Source of the DNA: Macrostomum lignano
Taxonomy: Eukaryota
Reading direction: 5' to 3'
Assembly (NCBI GenBank): GCA_002269645.1
Contig: NIVC01000421.1
Location: forward strand, 434,001 to 498,000
Length of the DNA: 64,000 bases
A model generated the notes under the pieces. It was not told where the DNA came from and searched no databases. It saw only the letters and a program-made list of their open reading frames with translations. Of the stretch, positions 22,956 through 35,001 are shown in pieces. The translations under genes and the position numbers were made by a program. The stretch's first letter is position 1, and each line of letters starts with the position of its first letter.

Positions 22956-24874
22956 TCGGCACGATGTGCGCGACGGTCCACTCGGTGGGCGCGAGGGCGC
23001 CGGCGAGCACGCGGTTCATGACGCTTGTGACCTGGGAGGCCACACAGCGGAGCCGCAGCGCCTCGACCGGGACTTCGTCGCGGGACCGAGCGCCTTGCCG
23101 CATGTTTTCCGAGCGAACAGCACAACGTCCTCCGTGGTGACTGGTCTGGTGCAGAAGTCCTCCTCAGCTGGGAGCAGCGTGTCCAGTAGGAGCGCAAAGC
23201 TGGCGGGCAGCGGCGATGCGGGCGCGTTCACAATACCGGTGAAGAAGTCGCGCAATTTGTTCCTGCGCTCCTCCGGGGTGTCACCGGCCAGATTCAGCGC
23301 CACGCGCTTTTTGCGCCCTGTCAGAGTCCGGACGGCCGTCCACACTGTGCGGCTCTTCACGTCTGGGCCGGCTGCAGTGATGGACGTAACGGCGTCGTCG
23401 ACAGCGGCCTGCTGCCGCTCGTCTAGAAGGCGCTCAAACTCGCCGAAGAAGGCAGGGACAACGCGGAAAGAAGACCACCGCGGGATCTCGCTGATGCCCT
23501 GCACCGCGAAGCTCTTCAACCGGCTGTTGCTCGATCGTCTGCAGTCGGTGCTGGACCCGTACCTGCGGTACGAGCAGAACAGATTCCGGCCGCACCGCGG
23601 TACAGTAACACACTTGCACTCCGCCGTGTCATCGAGGAGGCGCGCATCCGCCAGTCTACGCAGATCATTGTCTTCGTTTACTTTCGAAAGGTATTTGACT
23701 CGGTGCTGAGAGCCGCGCTTCCTTTTGTCTTCGAGCCTACCGGGTACCCCAGCAGCTAGTCGACGCTGTCATGGCGCTGTATTGCGACACTCAGCCTTGT
23801 CTGACCTGTTCGACACTTCATGCAGGAGTTCTGCGGGGCGACACGCTAGCGCCGTTCCTCTTCGTTCTGCTGCTGGACTGGGTGCTTCGGACCGCACTCC
23901 CCTCGGCTGATGACGGCTTCCTGCTGCGCAGACGCATCGGTCGCCGCCACGGCGAAAAGCGCCTGAGCGTGCTTGGCTACGCCAGGGGTTTGCGAAATGG
24001 GTGGCAACGCCTCCTCACTGTTTCCGGACGCACGGAGCCCCCTGCAGCTAAGTCAACCTAAGTCAAGTGCTTGGCTACGCCGATGACCTCGCCCTCCTGT
24101 CCTCGTCCGTTGAAGGTGCCCAGCGCCAGATCGACAGCTAGGCTGGTCGAGGTAGCATGGAGCGTCGGTCAACACGCTGAAGACCGAGGTGCTGACTGTG
24201 CCGGCCTACATCCCAGCGGACCTGACGTGCCGCGGCGCAGACGGGCAGACGACCAGGCTCGCACGCTGCTAGCGGTTCACCTACCTCGGCGGTCTGGTGA
24301 CTCACGTGGAGGAATACCTCCGAGGACTTACCTTGGCGGCCTTCCGTTCAATCCGGGCCGTCATCCAGTCCGAAGCGCTGTCCGACCGTCAGAGGGCTCG
24401 GCTGTGGCAGGCGGTGGTCGAAACCGCCCTGGTCTACAACGCCGAGACGTGGATGCTGACGGCTACGCTAGAGCGGCAGCTGGACTCGGCGCACTCAGGA
24501 CTGCTCCGTGCTACCTTTCGAGCTGACGAGAGCGTCGGGACCGAGGCCCTGTACGATCGGGACAAGCTGCAGCGCCTGTCCACCATCCTGCGCCGACGGC
24601 GACTTCAACTGGCGGGCCACGTGATCCGGGCGAGGGCTACTGCCCCCAAACTGTTCAGGACGTTCTGCTGCTCACCTTGCAGGGCCCGCTCAGGCGGGGT
24701 CAGGCCCGAACCCGTCGATACGTGGACTGCCTGCTGTGCGACGCTGGGGCGCCCGACACTGCCAACGGGGCGGACTTTGTTCGCTCCCAGGCTCTGCGGC
24801 GCGCCATCTGACGCGCCCTGCTTTAACTGTGACTGTGTATGCGGGGTCGCGCATTTTTGTTTTTGGTAAATAAA

Positions 24875-24875
<1 letters not shown>
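22956..24875 (+). mobile_element. Degenerate RTE-like non-LTR retrotransposon, 5'-truncated with 5' inversion
   Basis: The + segment 23443-24875 encodes PKKAGTTRKEDHRGISL...EQNRFRPHRGT, GVLxGDTLAPFLF, LGYA/DDL, LVYNAETW, RRLQLAGH in broken frames. Segment 22956-23442 encodes the upstream part on the - strand (...DEVPVEALR...APTEWTVAHIVP). A (TAAC)n tail follows. Confidence 0.88.
23984..24066 (+). mobile_element. 83-bp 5'-truncated retroelement 3' end inserted into the RT YADD motif
   Basis: Flanked by a perfect 15-bp direct repeat gtgcttggctacgcc (23969-23983, 24067-24081). It ends in ctaagtcaa-cctaagtcaa. Confidence 0.85.
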
Positions 24876-25176
<301 letters not shown>

Positions 25177-25599
25177 TAAATAACGTATACTGCCTAAGTC
25201 ATGCATATTGCTGATAAGGCGAGGCCTACTCAAACAGGTTTCACACTACAAACCACTCCAGTCAGAAGACCACGTAGCGAGTAGTTTTTCACACAATTTT
25301 ACTTTCGTCTTTCAATTCAGTGGTGTTAGCTAGACCCCACTTTGAAGTTATAGATAATAACTAGATAGTGCAATGTTTCACAATGCCACCTATTGAGCTA
25401 AGATCTACTTTGTGCCAGTAGATGGTAACTATTAGAAACCACCGTATACACACAGCGATAGCGCTGGCACCACAGTTTGTAACATTTGCCTTCAATTTTT
25501 AACCATGAACTAGCAATATGCGCCCCCCGTTGGGGAGGCAAGTAAGAAAAGAATAAAAATGTATTTTTTGACCTTGTACAGTCGCTATTGTTGGTCTAC

Positions 25600-25858
<259 letters not shown>

Positions 25859-27293
25859 TAAAGAGCAAAGCTAGGGTTCAGTCCGCGAAAGCTTGTTAAC
25901 ATCGCATTCAGTGGAAATGAACAGCTATTTTGCACACACATGCTAACAACGAGCTACTTAGTACGTGAATCTGACCATGTTTGCGATCTGCCCAAAAAGC
26001 AAACGCAGCTATGCAGACGCCATCATCAACCCGAGCCCTTTAATAGGTCGATTGTATTGGCCAAAAGCAACATTGCAACTGTTCGGATTTATGAGAAAGT
26101 GCCTGTTAACTAGGCCAGATGAAATGAATGAATTCCTGCTTACAGAATGCGTCATGCAGCCAAGCTGTTTTGTTAAGGAAATCAATTATGTAAAATAGTT
26201 TTTTAAAGAAAAACTCACTAAGTACTGTGCAGTTTAAGAGTTTCCCTTGCAGCGACGTATATGACGTAAAAGTAATGTTGCATGTACATGTATGTACTTG
26301 AATTTAACGTAATGTAAAGTATTTAAATCCGTGTCATGTATAAGAAAATCGCAAAAGGCTTCGATCAAAAAATGGCGGATACCCCCCCCCCGGTTAGGAA
26401 AGGTTACGAAAGGTGAACACTTTAAATCTTTAACTGCTGCAGTTCTCAATCTACGCAAAGTTGGCTTCTCATCTCAGAATTTTCTATCGTCGACGTTGGC
26501 TTAAGTTGATAAGAGATTCGCGGGGCAATGATACGAACCGTTTTATCTACTATTAAGGTAGCTTTTTATCGCTATCGTAGTGGCATACTGACTTTTAGCG
26601 GTTGAAAAGCGCCGATTGGTTCGCTATAGAGCCAGTCTTGCTGGGTAATATATTTTAATATATGCTAACTATAAGCAAACTTTGAAATTGTATATAGGGT
26701 GCCCTAGCAACCTATGTTACAATTATACAAGATCGAAAATTTACGATTTGTAAATTGAAACTCTAAAACCTGTGAAGATCTGTTGAGAGTGAATTGGTTT
26801 ATCAAAAAGACAAAAATAAGCAAGCGACAGGTGGTACCGCAGCTATGCTGGCTGTTAATCAAGTTCTACCGCTTGTGAGTTTATTTAATACTTTTATTAT
26901 TAGTGCCTACATGCGTGAGTAGTGTTTTATGAGGAATGACTTAAATTGACTGACTTTTAGTCATTCTTGCATCTCTGGTTGCCGACTGATGCATGACTAC
27001 TCTATGAGTAGACGAATGATTTACCTTCTGACCAGACGTATGATTAACCTTATGAGCAGACGGATGATTAACCTTATGAGCAGACGAATGATCACCAGCT
27101 TTATGAGCAGACGAATAAACAGCCCTATGAGCAGAGCAATAAATCCCCGTCCGATTGCTCACCACCGCCCCAGACGGAACGTCCCAATGGCGACAACGAC
27201 ACCGCGGCGAACTCCAAGACGATTCCACAAGACGATGAGGTCGCGCCAGAGCTGGCCACAGTTGTTGAACTAGAAGAGAAACCCAACGAGGAT

Positions 27294-30200
27294 ATGGTAG
27301 AGTTCCGTCAGGACGAATTCGACGATCTCGACTACACTGTTGAAGGCAAATGCGCCCAGACGGTGGACAGCTGCATGCGATATGTACAGTCCAAGCTGTC
27401 GGCGAGCCTGCCAGTGTTAAAGTACATTCTGGCCGGCTTAGCAGTGGCAGCATATTTCGCCTACTTTGGCTACTCAATGTACTGTAGTTTCGGTGACGAA
27501 GGCAGTCTCAGGCTGCTGTGGCTGACCTGCGGCGTTGTGTTCTTTGCCGGCGTGTACTTTTTCAAGCGATTCTTTGGCGAAAAGTTCTACAATGCGGTGC
27601 TGGCTAAACCAATTGAGGCTTGCAGCAAATTTATTGATCAACATTCGACAATATTTTCAATTGTTGGTACTGTGGCATTTCTGGCGTACTTCTTTGGATT
27701 TATCATCGGAATTGGCAGTCAGAATAGCGGAAACCTGATCTCAGGTGTCGGTGTGCTCACCATCATACTGATCACTCTGTTGCTGTCCGCACACCCCACC
27801 AGGGTGAGTGCAGCTGGCGATTCTCTTCAGGGGTATTCTTGAGATGATTCTCTTCAGGGGGTATTCTTGAGACGATTCTCTTCAGGGGTATTCTTGAGGC
27901 GATTCTCCCCAGGGGGGTATTCTTGAGATGATTCTCTTCAGGGGGTATTCTTGAGGCGATTCTCTTCAGGGGGTATTCTTGAGGCGATTCTCCTCTGGGT
28001 GTATTCTTGAGGCGCCTTAGAGATTGTCTTCAGGGACAAGCTTGATGTGATTCTCCTCAGGGGTAAGCCTGAGGCAATTCTCTTCAGGGCTAGGCCTGAG
28101 GCGATTCTCTTCAGGGGAAAGCCTGAAGCGATTCTCTTCAGGGGAAAACCTGAAGCGATTCTCTTCAGGGGAAAACCTGATTTGATTCTCTTCAGGGGGT
28201 AGATGCCTGGGGCGATTCTCTTCAGGGGGTAGGCCTGAGGCGATTCTCTTCAGGGGGGTAGGCCTGAGGCGACTCTCTTCAGGGGGTAGGCCTGAGGCGA
28301 TTCTCTTCAGGGGGTAGATGCCTGAGGCGATTCTCTTCAGGGGGTAGATGCCTGAGGCGATTCTCTTCAGGGATAAGCCTGAGGCGATCCTCTTCAGAGG
28401 AAAAGCCTGAGGCGATTCTCAGGCCTGAAGCAATTGTCTTCAGTTGCAGGCCTGAGGTGATTTTCTTCAGGGGATGAGCCTGAGAATTTTTCAAGCTGTT
28501 TCTTTTCAGACTAGTTTTCAATATCTCGCAATGAAATCAAGCTAGCGGTGCATGTGGCCGCCTCTGAAAGAGTGTTACATAAATTTTGAAGTACTTATGG
28601 TTGTCTCGGGGTGGCCTGGTAGGTCTTTGAATCCCACCGCTGCCACCAATGTTGTACCTGTGCTTCTCCTGCTGTCTAGCACAGTGATTTGGACTAGACT
28701 AAGGAATCGCTACAAGAAGAAGAATGACAAGAATACGAATTCGACAACTAGGAGACTAAGAAGACAAGTTCCTTGACTGAACCAAGGGTGAGGGGCACGT
28801 ATTTATAGGCAGGAAATCCCGCTGCACCAGTGTGCGCCGGACCTCGTGACTCTGGTCTATTTTTAGAACTGACGTCACTCTCTGCCTTAGAGAAGACAGG
28901 TTCTGCGGGTAAAGTGCACAGGGCCGCATGGATCAGTATCTATTTTTAGAAACATGAGTCACCTATTACCTTAGAGAAGGCAAGGGCCCCGAAGCACGTG
29001 ATTCCTCCTGTAAACACGGGCCAACGAGTGCAGTAAACATATTTACTGCACTCTAGGACTTCGAGAGAACAAGACTTGTCAGGTGACTTGCTCACATGAC
29101 AAGAGAAACAGGCCGCCAGCGTGACCTCAGGAGTCAGGACAGGAACGAAACGCAGAGCAGGCCACAGCAGAGAAGCTCGTGGCTGCAAGCAAGAGCGCAG
29201 AGAAGAGGGGGGGGCGCCAGAGAACAGGCAGCAAAAGGGCAGGAAGGCTGCCCAGCCTAGACAGCAACCCAGGGCGAGGGCGAGGGCGAAGGAAGCTGCT
29301 GACAATAGTGCGACGCCTGACACCAAACTAGCGGATCACTACAATTTTGTGCTAGAATTACCAACTGAAATCAAAGCCAGCCGATGCAGTCAGTCTAACA
29401 GATTCAAGCGATATGATTTAATGATGATAAAACATTTTCACGCACTTAAAGTCAGGCCAATTGCACCCGATCTTTATTTATCAAAGAGAAAGGCCAGTTT
29501 TTCTGGCAAATACCTTGGTGTAGCAACATTTGGCATCTACAAGTGCAATGCACAGTGAAGTTCCACGCGGGTTTTGCACTTTTTGAGGTGCATTCAAATC
29601 AGGGACTTTTAGAACTTTTTTAGACTGATTTGAGTGACCTTCTGTAGTCCTTTTGAAAGTACTTTTTAAAATCGTCATAGAACTTCAACTTGTATTTGCT
29701 TAGGAATCCTTTAAGACCGTTCGGGAAATCCCCTCAGCGACCTTCTTGGGAATCCTTTAAAAGCCACCTAAAAATGATTTATTAACCATTGTGTCAATCC
29801 CATTTTTAACTACCATTTGAATCCCCCTAGAAGCTACCTTGAGAAGCCTCCTGGGAACTACCTTGAGAATCCCTCTAGAAACTACCTTCTGAATCCCCTT
29901 AGAAACTACCTTGGGAATCCAAGGAAATCCCTCTGGAAACTACCTTGAGAATCCCCCTAGAAACTACCTTGAGAATCTCATTGGAAACTGTTGTCTAGGG
30001 ACAAAATTATTAGTCAAGTTGACAGTGCATTGCATTGGATATATTTCTACTAAATTATTTTCTTAGCGTATTTTCCCTATGTTTCTACTGTCAGTAAAGT
30101 ATCAAAAAGGTTCTGTGCACTTTATGCTAGGTATTTTTGTCTATTTTTGTAATAATTTATCGATTTGTTAGCTTTTATATACGGTATTAAGTGGCGTGTC

Positions 30201-33200
30201 AGCCAAGTATATATAAATAATCACCCCTCCCCCATTAACCCCTCTTTTATATTGGAGTGGTCCATATAAGTATTTCTGAAGTACTCGTAGCTCATTAACT
30301 TCTTCACTGCAACTGCAATGCTCAGCAGAAGCCACTTTGGGAATCTCCTTAGAAACTCCCTTGGGAATCCCTCCAGATACCACCTTGGGAATCCCCCTAG
30401 AAACCACCTTGGAAACCCACCTAGAAACCACCTTGGGAATTCCCCCCCCCTAGAAACCATGTTCGGAATCCCTTTAGAAACAATCCTGGGAAACTCTGTA
30501 TAAACTACATGTATACTTGGGAATCCCCTAGAAACCACCTTGGGAATCCCTCTCGAAACCACCTTGGGAATCCCTCTCGAAACCACCTTAGGAATCCCAT
30601 TCGAAATCACCTTACTTGAGAATCTCCTTAAAAACCACAATGGGAATCCCTCTAGAAACCACTTTGGAAACCCACCTAGAAACAACCTTCGGAATCCCCC
30701 TAGAAACCATGTTCGGAATCCCTTTAGAAACAATTTCAGGAAATTCTGTATAAATTATACTTGGGAATTCCCTAGAAACCACCCTGGGAATCCCCTAGAA
30801 ACCACCTTGGGAATCCCCATAGAAACCAACTTGAATATCCCCTAGAAACCACCTTGGGAATCCCCTAGAAACCACCCTGGGAATCCCTAGAAACCACCCT
30901 GGGAATCCCCTAGAAACCACCCTGGGAATCCCCTAGAAACCACCCTGTGAATCCCCTAGAAACCACCTTGGGAATCCCCATAGAAACCAACTAGAAAATC
31001 CCCTAGAAACCACCTTGGGAATCCCCTAGAAACCACCCTGGGAATCCCCTAGAAACCACCCTGGGAATCCCCTAGAAACCACCCTGGGAATCCCCTAGAA
31101 ACCACCCTGTGAATCCCCTAGAAACCACCTTGGGAATCCCCATAGAAACCAACTAGAAAATCCCCTAGAAACCACCTTGGGAATCCCCTAGAAACCACCC
31201 TGGGAATCCCCTAGAAACCACCCTGGGAATCCCCTAGAAACCAAATAGAAAATCCCCTAGAAACCACCTTGGGAATCCCCTAGAAACCACCTTGGGAATC
31301 CCTAGAAACCACCTTGGGAATCCCCTAGAAACCACCTTATGAAACGCTTTAGAAACAACTTTGGGAATTCTCTAAGGAGTTCCTTGGATCCTTTCCAACC
31401 GAAGGATATCAGCAGCCAGCCAGAGCTGCCCTGACTTCATCCCAGAATACCAAAATGACTCTCGCAGGTGAACTGGCGACCAGTCATGGGTGGTCTGACC
31501 ATCCAGATCACCTTTGCCGCGCTGCTCCTGCGAACCCAGCCCGGTTATCAAGCATTCAGCTTCGTTGGCGACCGAGTAGCCGAATTCATTCAGCACGTTG
31601 ACGCCGGAGCGGAATTCGTATTTGGCGCAGATTTTCGTGATCATTTCTTTGCGTTTTCGGTGAGTGGGTCCGTCGCACAGAGGTCTGTCATGCGGTTTAC
31701 AGCCATGAGGGCCAACCTCCAAGGCACAGAAAATGTGCATACCTGGCGATTGCAATTGAAAGTCATGGCCGCTGTACACTCCGTGTGAGCGTTTTGAATC
31801 GGTGGAAAGAGCAAGACCGCTTGCTTGCTTCATAGTGGCTGCGGATGTACACAGTAATCAGAAGTGTACAAAGTCACGTACACATTAATCAAAAGGTGTA
31901 CACAGTAATCAGAAGTGTACACAGTAATCAGAAATGTTCACAGTCACGTACAAATTAATCAAAAGGTGTACACAGTAATCAGAAGTGTACACAGTAATCA
32001 GAAGTGTACACAGACAATCAGAAGTGTACACAGTCCTGTACACATTAATCAAAAGGTGTACACAGTAATCAGAAGTGTACACAGCAATCAGAAGTGTACA
32101 CAGTCCTGTACACATTAATCAAAAGGTGTACACAGTAATCAGAAGTGTACACAGTCAATCAGAAGTGTACACAGTCAATCAGAAGTGTACACAGTCAATC
32201 AGAAGTGTACAAGTCAATCAGAAGTGTACAAGTCAATCAGAAGTGTACACAGTCAATCAGAAGTGTACACAGTCAATCAGAAGTGTACACAGTCAATCAG
32301 AAGTGTACACAGTCAATCAGAAGTGTACACAGTCAATCAGAAGTGTACACAGTCAATCAGAAGTGTACACAGTCAATCAGAAGTGTACACAGTCAATCAG
32401 AAGTGTACACAGTCAATCAGAAGTGTACACAGTCCTGTAAAAATTATTCAAAAGTTTTACACAGTACGCAGAAGTGTACACAGCCTCGTACACAGCAAGT
32501 CGGAAGCGCAAACAGTCACAGATATTAAAATTGAAGTCCAGCGCTGTTTACAAAAGTGATTTACAATCCATATTCCAGGTGCTATCCGTAATCGTATTCT
32601 TCTCGTCGTTCATCGCCCTGCTCTTCCACCTGGAGGTGCTGCAGGTGATCATTGAAAAACTCGGCTGGCTGATGCAGAAGGCCATGGGCACAACATCTGG
32701 CGAGAGTCTGGTAGCCGCTGCTAATATTTTTATTGGCCAGGTAAGTTCCTTAGCAACTGCTGGCTACACTGATAACTTCCGGAGTCCAGAAAGACAATGA
32801 CGGCTTACGAGTGGCCAAAATCAAACATATCGTTTTATATTTGTTTGACGGTTGTGACTGCACTGACTTCCCGTCTCTTCTCTCGATGCTCTGCTTCTAT
32901 CTATAGAGGTAGTTTTCCTCTACTTCTCTCTCTCCCTCTCTTCCTACATCTACCTCTCTTGAGCTCCCTCCCTCTCCCTTCCTACGTCTACCTCTCTTGA
33001 GCTCCCTCTTCCTCTCCATCATACTCTTCCCTCTTTCCCTCATTGCTATAACTACCTTTCTCTCTCTCTCTCTATCTCCCTCTCTCCCACTCTCCCCATC
33101 TCTCTCTTCACTCCTCCCTCTCCCTGTCACCCTCTCTCAATCTCTCCCCTCTCCCTCTCTCCCTCTCTCCCTCTCTCCCTCTCTCCCCTCTCCCTCTCTC

Positions 33201-33412
33201 CCTCTCTCCCTCTCTCCCTCTCTCCCTCTCTCCCCCTCTCCCTCTCTCCCTCTCTCCATCTCTCCACCCCTCCCTCTCTCCCTCTCTCCCTCTCTCCCTC
33301 TCTCCCTCTCTCCCTCTCTCCCCTCTCCCTCTCTCCCTCTCTCCATCTCTCCACCCCTCCCTCTCCCTGTCACCCTCTCTTAATCTCTCCCTCTCCCTCT
33401 CTCGCTCTCTCC

Positions 33413-33505
<93 letters not shown>

Positions 33506-34945
33506 AGTCTGGGGGAAGGAGGTTCCCCCCCAGAATTAGAAGGGATGAGTGCAACTTGTTTGTGCTTGAGAACCAAAAACTGGTAGAGGATTTGACAACG
33601 GTCAAAAGCAATCTAGAGGTACCAGAGACCAGAGCGATTCAGGGGCTCAAACCGATTGCCCAAGCGCAACCCACTTTCATTAAGGACTCCTATGACTTCA
33701 AGGCACACCTTATGGATAAAAGCTGCACGGAAGGTTCGACTCTGGCAATCTGTGATGTCCAGAGTCTGTACTCCATGATCCCCGTAGACCAGGGCATTGC
33801 AGCGATCCAGGAATTCTTTAACCGATACCCGGATCCCATTAGACCGGATGCTGAGATAATAAAGCTACTGGAACTGTGTTTGTACAGGAATGACTTTGAA
33901 TTTGACAAAATGATTTTCCTACAACTTAGAGGCACAGCCATGGGGCGCATATTTGCGCCCAGCTATGCCTGTCTCTTCATGAGCCTCTGTGAGGAAACTG
34001 CCCTGAGAACTGCTCTTTCTAAGCCGAACATCTATTTTAGGTACACAGATGATATCTTCATTCACTGGGACCACCCGGCTGAAGCTCTGACAGAATTTGT
34101 TCGACACCTGAATTCAATCAACCCGAACATTAAACTCACCGTCAGTTCCTCATCAACTAAAGGTCAGTTTCCTTGACATGACCATCAGGAAAGCTGAAAA
34201 CCGCTTCACAACACAACTGTTTTTGAAAGAAACAGACACTCATAGATTGTTGCACTGACAGTCCTTCCATCCGTCACACACCTTCAAGGGGGTAGTAAAA
34301 TCCCAAATCCTTCGGTACGCTCGTATCTGTGATGACTACAAGTCTTTCAACGATGCTTTCAATTCTTTAAAATCGGAACTCAAGCAATTAGGCTACTCGA
34401 AGATTTTTCTTAGAAACTGCAAAAAGGATGTCCTCATACTTATGAACTGGACTGCGGGACCAACGACCAATCTGGGTCTGCTTCCCAAAGGGTTCCATCC
34501 CTGTGGGTCATCCCGCTGCAAATGCTGCACCCACTCACCGCCTGCTCTCTAAACACAGGGGCTGGAATTTTTTTTATCTCCCAGAGCCTGTCCTGTGGCC
34601 CCAAGAGCATCATCTATGGCATCTCCTGTAACCAGTGCCACCCTGGGAAAATCCTCTATGTAGGTATGACTAGAAGAACAATAAGAGATAGAATGAACCA
34701 GCACAGGTCAAATATTAACAGGAGAATCGTTACTTCGGGGTCAGAGCACTTTCTCACCCCAATCACTCGATTGCAAACTTTGTCTCCATTGCTATCGAAC
34801 AAGTTCTTAATAACAACAAAATCGAACTAAGGGAAGAAATCTGGATTAAAAAACTGGGGACTGACAAACCGCCAGTTACGAACATCAGGGTCGACAATCA
34901 TCTTCTCCGACCCATCCCAATGGTCCTTCCTTTTCACCCATCTAC

Positions 34946-35001
<56 letters not shown>

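Noticed and set aside
34256-34258. In-frame TGA in the Penelope ORF as a possible selenocysteine codon
   Set aside because: It is not at a Cys-like position, the copy has frameshifts, no SECIS was recognised, and selenoprotein PLEs (Naiads) have an N-terminal endonuclease, unlike this element.
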